Notes under the pieces: model-generated
The model's database searches: none
The model's input: the letters and a program-made list of their open reading frames with translations, nothing else
What the model was told of the DNA's origin: nothing
Assembly: GCA_013265495.1 (NCBI GenBank)
Contig: MU057711.1
Span: 806,001 to 870,000 of the forward strand
Source: Vicugna vicugna
Lineage: Eukaryota
Direction: 5' to 3'
Length of the DNA stretch: 64,000 nt
Shown: positions 12,892 to 25,300 of the stretch, in pieces
Layout of the letters: the number at the start of each line of letters is the position of its first letter
How positions within the stretch are numbered: position 1 is the first letter of the stretch
Position numbers and translations under genes: made by a program

Positions 12892-15800
12892 GTCTGTGAC
12901 CTTGATCTGGTGCCTGCAGGCGCGGTGGCCAGGAGGGAATGGCAAAAAAGAGAGTTGGATGTGGAGGGTCGGTGTGGGTGGTCCTCGGAGCAGTGGGACA
13001 TGCTTCTCCCCTGGTAAATGCATCCGACGAGTAGGTAGAGCTTCCTGGTTATGTGCTGTATCAAGAGGATTCTCTTCTACAGACAGTAGAGTTTTAGCAG
13101 GAATAACACTTAGTATTAATGGTTTAAGGATATATTTTCTCCAACTTTATAAAGGTGGCACACTTTATGTTTGGGTTCTGGTATTCTCTTTTTCCCATCT
13201 GATTTGGGTTGTTAAAAAAAAAAATCCACTCTGTCCAAGTACTGCAAGGGTAGATCTTTATACCCTGGAATAGCTTCTGGTGTAATAATTTGGTTTCCTC
13301 ACACATTTTCTTTGCTAGGTACACAATTAAGATGTAATTTAAATTATTTTTTGTTAGAAAACTCATTGTGGAGGCGGTGACAGGGAGAGAAAGGGAAGGG
13401 TTCTACTTCAATTAATGAAATGCGGGCATCTCCTCTAGTACGACCATGCTGCTGCATGGTCAACGAGACTTGCTTTAACAAACATGACTGTAGTAGAGAA
13501 CTGAACATTTCTTTCATAGTAAAGAGATTTATTAGATGTTCCTCTGTTTCCGTAGCTGTTTCTAGGAAGGAGTTTGAGGAATATGGCTGAAGAAGCATGA
13601 TTTGTGATAGGTGTAGTAGAATTATGAAGGTAAACATCTTCCCTGCTTTTCCTTCTATTGCTCTGCCAAGTGCATTTAACAGCAGTGTCATGCAAAGAGT
13701 AGACTTTCCCAAATCCTCCTATTTCTAGTTCATGCTTCACGTCTGTTCGCACTGTGCCTCAAACCTCACTGGTTCATTTCTGCAGAGTAAACCTCCCACC
13801 TTCTGTTGAATTGGGGTGGGGAGTAGTGCCCTTGTTATGTGGAGTAGGAATAGTGACTTTAAACTCTTAATTGTTTCTTACGCAGATTTAAAAACCTGTT
13901 GTCTTTAGTTTACTTCTCACCCATATTTTCAGGGGTACCTCAAATTCCTGAGCCTTGGTAGGATTTTGTGGATAAACCCCCCGGCCTCCACAGACATTGA
14001 GGTTTCCATGTTTTCTAATCTGCTAAGGGTTTATTACTTCTTGTTCATTTACATTCTGTTACCCAGAATGTCAGCATCTCTCATCTTCTTTATTATTCTT
14101 TTTGTTCGTGTGGATTAATCCGTTTTTGTTCAGTTTCTTAATTGTCATTTTAATAGGATCTGGAGAGGAAATTTAAAGATTCCCCCATTTTCAGAAATCT
14201 GAATTTTTGAAAAGCGCCCTAGGTGAGTGATGGCCTATCGTGAATGGAATCACCGGTGTAGCTGAGAGTGAGTGGACAGAGGCATTTTTCTCTTTTTCCC
14301 CTTCTAAATGTAAGGCCTAGATCCTCATGAGATTTCTCATTTTTATTCTTAGAACATCCCCGTTGTGCTGTGGCCTGCGGCATCTGAGCCTGTGTGCTTT
14401 AGTTCCTGTCTGATAAGGCAGAGAGTGAAATGAGTTTATCTAGTTAACACGTTTTGAAAGTTGTGTTTAAGATTTAGATGGTGTCATTTGGAATTTATAA
14501 TACATTCAGTGGGATCTGATGTCAAACGAAGCTTCCCATAGTTACACAGTGCTTAATGTTCATATGTATATCCACTAGCATATCTCTAATAATGTCTGTG
14601 ATCATATTAGCTATTTAAAGATAACCCAGAAATATTCAAGAACTTTTTCAAATAGTTGTGAACTATGTGAGAACATAGTGTTTCATGGTAACATTTAGTT
14701 GGTTGTTGTTATTTTTAATCCATGATTCGCAGAATAAAGCCTAAATAACAACGCAGTTAAGCAGATTTGGGTGGTTAAGTTGTTACCTAGGACACCCATA
14801 TAAATAAATAATCAGGAGAAATACTTGTCTCTTGAGAGGATGATTTGGGTAATAGTTCTTATTAGCTAACCGTGGACTCCAAGCTGGGTCTTATATTGTT
14901 AAGATACCCTGAGTTACTGTAAACAACTCTCCTGTAGATTTTAGTAAAATTATTATAAGGTATTCTGAAAATTGGTGTTTATGACCTCAAGCCAAAAGAA
15001 AAATTTCTACCAAAAAAGTCTCTCTTAGATTTTCATGTCACAGTTCAAGTGGAGCTAGCTTAATAACTGAAAGTTTCTCATTAAAAAATGAATTATTTCA
15101 AATTAGAGTATAAAATGAAAGTTGTTTTCGAAATTTCAAGTAACTCAGTGAGGGAATTATTTTTAATGTTAAAAATATTGCTGGACTCAGAGTCACTGCC
15201 AGGAAGAAAAGTAATTTCAGGCCACAAGCATTAAAAACAGGCAGAACCTCCAGCATATCGAACAAACTTTCTGGAGGAGGCCCAGAAATACTGGTCTGTG
15301 AACAGTTGTCTTTGTATTTGTGAGGTCTTAACTGGCAGTTCAACAGAATAAATAACAAGATTTAAAAGACGAGTGAGCTTTCTCGCTGATTGGTGTTAGA
15401 GGAGGAATGTGTAGGGTTTTGGTCCCTTACCTAAAAAGTATGGGAATTATTTCAGGAAAGCCTCACTGCCTGTGTTTCTCTGTATGTTATTAGTGTATTC
15501 TGAATTGCCCTTTTCCTTTCTGGGATATTAGTTGGGTTGAAAGATAAAAGTTTGTGGCTGAAGTTATGTTCTGCTTTTGCCTGCCTTTAGCCAAGGACAG
15601 AAAAGTTCCATGTGTTCAGACTTGGATGTATCTCTGTGGAGCTAGGCACACCTCTATTTGTTCAAGTACTCATGTACCATATATGTCTTTTAATATCTAG
15701 TAAGTTTTTTTCCCTCAAAAATTATCCTCAGCAAAGGTGGACTCCATGTTACAGCCAATCCTTACGAAGTTTCTCAGGATATGGAGCACTCCCCATTATT

Positions 15801-16189
15801 TTTGAAAAGTATAGTATTTGGAGAAACTATATTAAACTTGATGTACTTCAAGATGTTAGTTTCTTACTGTTCTCATAGAAGTCACCTGAAAAATTGGTTA
15901 GGAAAAAAAGAGAATTAGCCTCTTTAACAGTTATTCCTGAGGTGTGTTAGATGTCATTATAAGTAAGCTTTTTAAACGCCGCTTAAAGCAGTATGTACAT
16001 GGTTATGTATGGAGCGCTCAGATAAACACCTAAAGGGAAAACGAACCAGCTGGCTGCCTTACGGTTAGTGGCCGGGTACCTTGGGCCTGGGATGAAGTTC
16101 CCAGTGGCTGCGTCATACGTGGTTTCAGGAATGACTGTGTCTCGGATAGCCTTGATACACCTGGCAGTGGAAGCCCTCCAGCTTTGTTT

Positions 16190-16770
16190 TCCTTCAGGAT
16201 TGCTTTGCCTGTTGTAGGTTCGTCAAATATTCATACTAATTTTAGAATCAGCTTGTCTATCTCTACCAGTAAATAAGTAAATAAATAGGTAAAGCCTTTT
16301 GATAGTTTGATTCTGATTGTATTGAAACTGTGAATCACTTTGGGGAGAATTGACAATTTGGTATTATCAAGTCTTCTGTCAGTTCATAACTAGCTTCATT
16401 TATATAAATCTTAATAAATGTTTTTAAGTGTTTCAGTGGTGAGCTTTTGCATATTTTTCCTTTAGCTGTTTTCCTAGTTAATTGATCCTTTTGTGCATGT
16501 GTATTGTAAATAGTCTTCTTAATTTTTAATTTTCTAATTGTTTTGGTTGCTAGTATATGGGGATACTATATTCACTTGTATCCAGCAAACTTGCCAAATT
16601 GACATATTAATTCCAACTATAGATTTTTTTCGATTTTCTCCATACACCACCAGTTACTACAAATGCAAATACTGTCCATTTTTGCTTTTCATTTCTGATC
16701 ATTATACTTTTTATTTTAGTTCTTTCCTAGTGAACTAACCTCTAGAAAAATGTTGAATAGAAATAGTGGT
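16190..16770 (-). mobile_element. Old L1 ORF2 fragment
   Basis: 'ttttagaatcagcttgtc...ttgtattgaaactgtgaatcactttggggagaattgaca', homologous to the L1 text at 1-640. Confidence 0.7.
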
Positions 16771-18045
16771 AATAGACAAAAGAGGCAGAAAAAGAGCCTA
16801 TGAAGAATTACCAGCCTCTGTAGCCTTTGTTTTGTACATTCAGGCCACCACTCATCACCTGACTGACTATTACAAAATCTCAGTTGAGGAGGATTCTCAG
16901 TAGCTGTCTAGCTTGGCTCTGAGTTGATTCACAAGTCCCTTCACAACAGTCTCCAATAAACACTATGCCTTGCCGATCTGACTTTGTTAACAGACCCTTC
17001 TTTATAAACTTGGCTATCTACTTCCCAGTCCATAGGAAAGTAGAAGCTGTGGATTGGAAAAAGGGCTAAGCGGTTGGGTGGTGTGAGTCATAAGCAGTAG
17101 GATTTGATGTCAGTGAAAACATGCCCGTCCTCTCATGATGGATTCCCTGGGGGCCTTGCTGGCCACAAAACACTGGGCTGGCTAGACCACAGATCTAACT
17201 CCGGGACAGTTTCTGTAGCTCAGTCTAGATCCCGGTTTGACTTAGTTGCGCATTTTGACATGTGTTGTTTCCCTGATACGTTTGCCTTACGTATAGGACA
17301 GTGAAATCAACCTAATATACTGGAAGAAGGCAGAGACAGTATTAATTTCTGGGCATATCCTTTCCAGACAGCTTCACAGTTCAAAATGCATCAGAAGAAA
17401 ACATTCAAATTTCACAGCACTAAGTTCTCCTCCTTCGTGCGCTTTAATTCTCCCAGGTCCTCCCCTGGCTGCGAGCTGGAGGAAAGGGATCCTGCCTGCT
17501 GCTTCAGCAAGTCTGCTTGCTGCCTGGGGTCAGATGCCACGGGGAGAGCCTGTGCGTGGGCTCCCTCCTCACTCGCTGCTGCGGTTCCTCACTGTACATC
17601 CCACGTGTTTTCTAGGGCAGCTATTTTCTTAGCCTTTCTTGGATCCAGTTCTCCGGAGGAATCATCTTCTGTCGGGCTGCTTTCAGGGCTCTTTGTTGTG
17701 GCTTCCTGCCATTGACTTCTCAGGCCCTAAGCATGCTTCACGATGGTTATTTTAAGTGTGGTTCCTTTGTTACCAAAACAGGAAGCTGTTCCTGCAGGAG
17801 AAACAAGTGCTTTTGATCCTGTCAGCTTTTTTTTCTTTCTTTCAAACTAGTCGTCTCCATATCTGAGGCATATCCATTCTCTTGTCTGATGTCATGAATT
17901 TCTTATATTAACAGAAAATACTATATATAATGTTTTCAGGAAATAGCCTCTGAACATTGTATAACTTTTTGCTGAATTCTTTTGTCTTTGACTTCTTGGA
18001 GCAGTCTTCTGATTGTTGCAAGATCTGTCCCTTTATCCTTTGGAT

Positions 18046-19334
18046 TTTACGTTATTCAATACTGTGTAACAAATTACCCCCAAACTTAGTAAAGCAATTA
18101 CCAAACACTTGTCATCTCACGGTATCTGTAGGTCAGAGTCCAGGAGCAGGTTAGCCAGGTAGTTCTGACTCGAGACCTCTCACGAGGCTCCACTCAGGCT
18201 GTTAGCCACCAGGAGGGTCACCGTAGGGAAGAACGGCGTCCAAGCTCACTTACATGGTCATTAGCTGAAAAGGGTCGTGAGACTCCATTCCAGCATGTGT
18301 GTGGAGGCTTCCCCACACCAACAAGCAATTCTGGGACACCAGCTGGGTGTCCCAGAGTTCAACTCAATTCTGACCCTGTCTACCTAGAGACAGCCTCGGA
18401 TTCCACAGGCAGAGGGCTCAGTCCCATAAGACCGCTCTTCATGCAGAGGCCGGTCACACGCCCAGGCTATTCCCTCTACTTCTGACCAACTGGCTCAAAT
18501 CGGAGGTTCCCACGATGCCTTCCTCAGGTTTAATTAATTTGCTTAAACGGCTCACCAAATCCAGGAGACCTCCGCCTCTACGAGCTAGATTACTGATTTA
18601 TTATAAAAGGATATTAAAGGATACGCATCAGCTACATAGGGTGAGATCTTGAACAAAGGCGCCTCTGTCCTGGAGCCTGGGGCCTGGCATGCAGAAGCTC
18701 TCCAAAAAAGGACCAAAAAACTGTCCTTTGGGGTTTTTATGGTGCTTCATTACATAGTTGTGAGTGACTAGATTGTTGGCCAATGGTGACAGGTTTAACC
18801 TTAAGCGCCCCCCCACCCCAAAATCATTGGGTGCGATAGAAGGTTTCAACCCTCTAATCTCCTGGCAACCAGCACCCATCCTAAGTACTTCTAAAAGTCA
18901 CCTCATTCACCTAACAAAAGACACCTTGATCATTTTTAACACAGGATATTCTAAAGGTTTGGGGAGCTGTGAGCCAGGAACTGTGGGCAGATATATTGAG
19001 AAGTATATTTGGTCATCCGAATGACCAAGTATATACGTGCCTCTCATAAATCACAGTATCACGTAGTGGCCTTAAGTTCCGTGCTGACTCTTGGCCAGAT
19101 TTTCAATTTCTCATCACTTAGGCCTCTCCCTAGGCTCAGGACATAGCTGTTGGCTTCCCCAGAAAGAGTGCTGTGTGAAAGGGAGAAATTGAGAGCCCAA
19201 GACAGAAGCTGCAGTCTTTTATAATCATCACTTCTGCCGCATTCTGTTGGCCACACAGACCAACCATGGCACAGTGAGAGATGGCAGTGGTCAGGGGTAG
19301 TGTCCTTGGGGGCCATGCTGAAGGCTGGCTCCCA
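18046..19334 (-). mobile_element. MLT1-like (MaLR) solo LTR with TGGAT TSD, carrying a nested LTR
   Basis: 'ctgtgtaacaaattaccccaaacttag...ctcacggtatctgtaggtcagagtccagg' and end '...ggggccatgctgaaggctggctccca'; TGGAT at 18041-18045 and 19335-19339. Confidence 0.75.
18266..19063 (-). mobile_element. MER21-like solo LTR nested inside the MLT1 LTR
   Basis: Minus start CGTGATACTGTGATTTATGAGAGG resembles the recalled MER21 5' end; flanks tagc/tagt; MLT text resumes across it. Confidence 0.65.
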
Positions 19335-22300
19335 TGGATTTTTGGTTTGCTTATTTTAAAGAAGGTTGTTATATATTTCATTTCTATTAATACACCCCCC
19401 ATTTCTGAGGATTGAAATAATTTGTTTAGAGATTTAAAGAAACCCTGTGGTTTGGGTTGTTAATAGAGTGGAAATTGCTGTGCTGCAGAAACAGTTAAGA
19501 ATAGCTATATAATTCGGGCACGCCTTCAGGGGAGAAAAACTTAATAAGACCCACAAGCAAATGAATGATTCTTTAGTAACAACCAAAACAACCTTTATTT
19601 GTCAACTTTTAATGGGGATTTTGTTGATAGTGTTCTTGTTTGTTTTGTTTTGGGACATAAAAACTTTGTTAGCTGTTTTCAGTGAAGCAAGGATAATTGA
19701 GTCGTTTCTTATTACTTGGTTCCAGTTACATATAAAAATCCTCTAACCTAATTCCCTTCCTTTCTGGCTAGAGTTAGAACAAAAAAGAGAGTAATTTGTG
19801 TGTGTGCCTCTGAGCCCCAAAACCACAGACTGGATGCTTTGGCTGTTTATTTTATATTGTTACAATAATACTCAGAAGTCAGATTGTTAGTTTCTGAAGA
19901 AATGCCTAAGTCTGATGGTAAGAGGTCTTTGAACACAGCATGACAGTTCCCAGTTTTAGTACTGTTATATGGGCTAAAATTTAAATTGGCCTACATTTTC
20001 TTGCTCTTTAAGGAGCACAACTTTGAGAATTTCTGCATGTTCGTACAGAATGTACTGATTTAAACGGCCATACCAGTTCAGTAGTCATCACGATCTAAGA
20101 TACTTTATTATCAGAAGGATTTTTCTAAGCCAGCATTTAAGTTTGTGCTGTTGAATGTCCATCCATCAAACTTGAGCTGATTTCTTACTAAAGATGCAGG
20201 TTGCACCGACAGGGCTAAAAAGTTTTGATTCATTTTTGCATTTTCAGTATTTAAATTCTTGCTTCAATCTGTTCATCCTTATCTTTCCTTTGATTGTATT
20301 AGTGACTCAGAACAAATAAAGTTTTCTAATAGCCAAAGGAACAACTAAGGTTAACTGTTAAGGAATATGGACTTCAGAGAGAGTTTTAGTCCCAAGGCAT
20401 ACTGGTTCTAAAGCTATGGGGCTTGTAGGGTTCTGTTACAACTAACTGGATTTTGCAAACCAAGATAAAATTAAATTTAGAGATTAAGACTTTCTATGCT
20501 AAATCCTTTGCATTTGTAGGGGGTGTTAGGCAGCATGTTGTGTCCAAACATCTAAAATCAAGTGGTATTCCAATGGTGAGATGAAAAGATCACCTTGGTA
20601 TATATTGCCACTGTCATGAAGAGGCACCACATATTCTTTTCTGACATTTACACTGGTTTACTGATTGTTCCCTCTTCAGTACTAGCCTGGATTAAGAGAG
20701 CTTTGTTTGCCTGTGTAGACCGGAAGGAAGCTGTGATAAAAGAAAACCCTGCTTACGTATGATAGGAGCCAAATGTTTTGTTTAAATTTAAACTATTTGG
20801 AGACAGGAAAATCTAATATTGTCAAGAAATTAAAAAGTCATTGTTCCATTTAATGAATCATATAGGAAGATTCAGTGGCCTTTGAGTATGTATCATTGAC
20901 TTATTATCAAAACCAGCCTTATGTTACAAGATAGTAAAACTGTACTTATTTTTTTTTCAATATTACAGACAGTCTCTGCATTTTAGCTGATAATCCAGAC
21001 AATTCTCCAAGACTATTTTCTGAATCTGTGACACAGGAAGTGAGATTTATTAATACCAAAAAACCTCTGGGAGACGGGGTGCAAACCTCTTGTCTGGGAT
21101 GAAGTTAGGGTCCTGTGTCTTGGATAATGTTGATTTATTCAGTCAGTGAGTCAGCTAGCATTCACTGAACACTTACTGTATGCCAAGTTCCAGACTGGAC
21201 TCTGGGAAGCAGATGAAAGAGATGTCTAACAAGTGTGTAGTCCACTGGAGGAGGCAGATACATAAACAAATAATTTTTAGATAGCAGATAAATGCTGGTT
21301 TTTAAAGTTTTGTAGCGGCATTGGATTGATCATTTTTTTTATTGTAAACTTCATTTTATTTATTGTAAATATGGTAGCTTTTAAAAATTGCTTTTAGTAA
21401 ATTGAGACAAAATGATCATTCACTTACATCTCAAAATTAATCTGGATAGATAAATAGACGGGGAAAAATGTTTTCCAGATAGTCTTTTTTGATGGTCTTT
21501 ATTTTCACGAATAGGTAACTACTACTAAAGTTGAAAAATGGTTCCCAATTATGATTTCCACCTCTATCTTAACAGTTATTATATAGAAATGTGTCGTAGG
21601 TAAACTTGAAAGGAAGTGTATTTGGTAATGTTAAAGCTGTATTACCATCCCCCACAAAATGAAGAAAATATTGGCAAAAAGGACTTAGAAGATTTCATTG
21701 CTGGCATAAAGGCTTCTCTGGGCATTTGATCCACAGATTTTTTCATTATGACTAGTTCCTTTAAAAAAACACACACACAAATTGAAAATATTCAGGCGCA
21801 AATGCTTTCTTGGCAGTAGGGGTCAGTCACTTGAATGTCAGTTGCGTTTAGCACACTTCCTCTGGTTGGGGGCATGGTTTCTGGAAAAGATCAACCTGAA
21901 ACTGACAGACAAATTATATAGTTGGAAATATTTCAGGTTTTTCTGATTTGTTTTTAAGATACTTTGTTTTCCTCTTTCTGCCTTCCTAAGAGAAGCTTCT
22001 CAAATGCATTTTCTCTACGGTCAGTTTAACTTTGAGGCAGATACTTCTACTGTCTTGGAAGAAATAACAGAAACACTTACAATCTCAGCATCTCATCTCA
22101 CTTTTTAAAGTAGATTCTTTTTTTTTTTTTAGTTTTATAACTGCAGCCATACAGATCTTTCTCCTTATGCCTAAACGGGTTCTGGATCCATGATGCACAC
22201 CCCTGTGTGCTAAGAGATTGCGAGGTAAACAGTACTCCCCTTCACTGGCTCGTGCGCAGCCTCTCTGCCAACTACCTGTTAACACACCTAGCCCTGCGTA

Positions 22301-25300
22301 CAAATACAGTTCAGCACCCCAGTTTGCATGCTTCAAAACTCAGGAGCCCAGTGTGATTGAACTCAACTTGCAAGAAAGATTTTTAATCATTCAGTAATCA
22401 TTTTCTTACATACTTTACTTTTCACAGATTAAAAATGTTTATATTTTCTTGACCAAGTCAGCATTAAAAACCTGGTAATTTCTTGGCAAATCAAAGTAAT
22501 GATTAAGTATTTTGGTGATTTGTCATTTGTCCACAGATATTATTAAGATTTGAGAATGTAATAGCCAAATTCAATTTAATTCTGCAGACCTTAGTGGAAC
22601 ACCTGTACTGTTTGTATAAGGCACTGTGATGAGTTGATATGGCAAGATTAGAGGTCATTCCGTCTAACTTTCGCTTTACAGATAGGGAGTTGAGGTCCTC
22701 ACCCAAGACTGTGCTCCATACATTCGTTGAGTTATGGCCGGAGTAGTGGACCACAAACCCAGGCTGTCTGACTCCAAGGCCTCTTAGAAGTAAGGAGTAT
22801 CAGTTATACCTCTGCTGGATATTCCTGTAGGTCAGGAATACTGAAAATGGGAAGTTTCTTGTTTCTATAGCTAAAACAATTTAATATCTCTGTCTGAGGC
22901 CCTAAAGTTCTTTAATCTAAACATTTCAGATACTTTTAGTGGCTAAGAGTTGACGACTGGGAAAATTTGTCGCTTTGTAGAAACAATTGTTTTTGTTCAA
23001 TATTAAAGGATAATCCTTTTTAATGGCAAAATCATCACTATTATACAGATATAAAGTGAACATGTGTTAAAGATTTTAATTAACTCTATTAATCAATGAG
23101 AGAACCAGTAAGATGTTAACATCTGGTTCAGTGGAGCATCCAGAAAGTAGACACATAGATAGGCAATCAGGAGTGCTGACATTCATTTGCAAAACCAGCT
23201 TCTTGGAAAGAGAGGAGGCAAAATTGATTTTCATTTCTATGGACAAGAACATCTGCATTACTGTTAGTTTTCTAGCACTTACAGAACAGCTAGTCATCTA
23301 TTTTGGCTCGTTTCCAAGTCTTTCATGGTTTTTTCTGACAGTGGTCACAGAAGGGAATTTGTGTATGTCATACCAGTTGTGTTGATCATTTTTAGTCAAG
23401 ACGAAAGTAATCTGATCTCTACATTTACCACCAGGCTGCCTTGTCAGGGCTGTGGGCGCTTTTCTAGACTGAACTTTGGGCGGGACCAAGGGTGTCCTCG
23501 GCTGGGGGTCGGAATCCTCATACTGTGATTTGCTGTGGGCCTCAGGAGACTTGTTTAACCTTCCTGGGTCTCAGTTTCCTTGAGTATAAAATGAAGGATT
23601 GGACCAGAATTTTTTACTTTCTGCCTAGCTCTTAAATTTGTATATATCACAGTTCTGTCCTATGCTTCTTGAATTCCTGATTCTTTCTGAATTCTGCTAA
23701 GCCTTGGAATGACGGCTGGGCATCCTCAGGGACTACATATTAGTGTGACAGGAACAGGTCATATTTGTTCCTTTGGAGAATTAACCCCCTGTTTCTGGGC
23801 CCTGTTACTTAATCGTTAACAGTGTTGTACACCTTATCCTTCCCTCCATCCCGACACCAAAGGAATTAAAAAACTGTTATTCATGAAGGCGAACACAAAT
23901 TTCGTAATCTGGAAGAAGGGGTTCCTTTTACGGCTGCATCGTAAAGTGTAGCTTTTGAACTCACGAGCCTGGGCTTGAGAGTGTAGTGTATGCTTCAAGG
24001 TGAGCAGGATGTAGAGAACAGTAAGTGATACCTAAAATGTTCTGTCTGGAGGGAAGATGCCTGTAGATAACTGGGGGCTGCTCGTGGTGGGGTAGATTTT
24101 TGTCTCCCCACCTTTCTGGGGAATAGTCTTTGGTGTTAGTATCCTGCTCCCAGCCTCTGCTGTCTTCTCTTGGTTTCCCTTGGTCACCTGCCCGAAGACA
24201 CCATTTACTGCAAGATCTATTCAAGAGATAAGAAACTTAAAAAACAAAGAGAGAGAGCTACTGGAGCTTCCTGAGGTATCACACCCTGTCTTCTTCCTCC
24301 TCACCTCCCTCTTCAGATCATCCTTTCTCCCTCCTTCCCACAGTGATTCTCTGGCTCTTGGACCTGCTTTCACGTAAATCCTGTTCCTCTGACAGGAGAG
24401 GTGGCTGGGAAAGACCCCCTGCGATGTCCTAGTGCAGTTGCTTTAGGAAAGCCTGCCCCTTCCCTGGGAAGAGCTTGAAGCTAAGGAAGATGCTTTGGGA
24501 ACAGCTGTGGCTTGGCCATCGGGGAGTGCCCTCAAGTCTCACTCCTGCTTCGCCACCGCTCACATCTGTCCTGCTGCAGGGCCGCCACCGTTGAGCAGAG
24601 CGAGGGCCTTGCAGCTTCTGCCCCTGCTGTTGCCTTCTTGCTGTTAAGCTCCTTGGTTATGCCCTGACCACCCTCTCTCTGTCCTGAATTAGACTCAGAA
24701 CAGGCTGATAATACCCATGAGAGAAACCTGGGACAGAGTCTTGAGTCTTGGTGCCTTTTTGTTGTTGTTGTTAAATGTATTTAATTTATGGGATTCCCAG
24801 CAGTCATGTGATTGTAGTCAAAGCTCCGTCTGTGGGGCCCTGGGCGGGACTGGGGTGCAGAGAACGTTTTGTTTTCTTCTAATGAAAGGGCCTACGGAGT
24901 AAGACGTGTGAGTCTTAGAAGTCTGTATGAGATATTACTCCAACTGTATAATTCAGTTCCTCTCGTTTATGCCTATTAAGACTTTCAGCAGTATCAGATT
25001 CTCACAGCAGCTCTCTGAGGGTTGCTATAATTATTATGGTTTTACTGATTAGAAAACCAGATACAAAGAGATAAAGTAACTTTTTTTAAAGCCACCTAGG
25101 AAGCCAGAGCCAGGATTGGAGGTGATTATTTATTGACTATCTCATCACGGAATCTTACCCTCATAACCCAGGGAATAGCTTGTGTTAACATTTTGGACTG
25201 TATCATTTCATTCATTCTCATATACATTTATATTATGTTATATTGGTAAAAATCATGGCATGTGGTATTTTATTCTCTCCCCATTCCTCCATTTGATGAT

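Noticed and set aside
13442..13461. Hairpin GACCATGC-tgct-GCATGGTC (others at ~19004-19033 and ~33245-33275)
   Set aside because: Short stems expected by chance or lying in LTR/AT-rich sequence; no ncRNA hallmarks.
17386..17715. 109-aa plus-strand ORF
   Set aside because: Probably the antisense shadow of the minus-strand fossil exon; no recognisable protein.
23076..23489. Two abutting same-frame minus ORFs
   Set aside because: No convincing splice sites or protein-like character; treated as chance.
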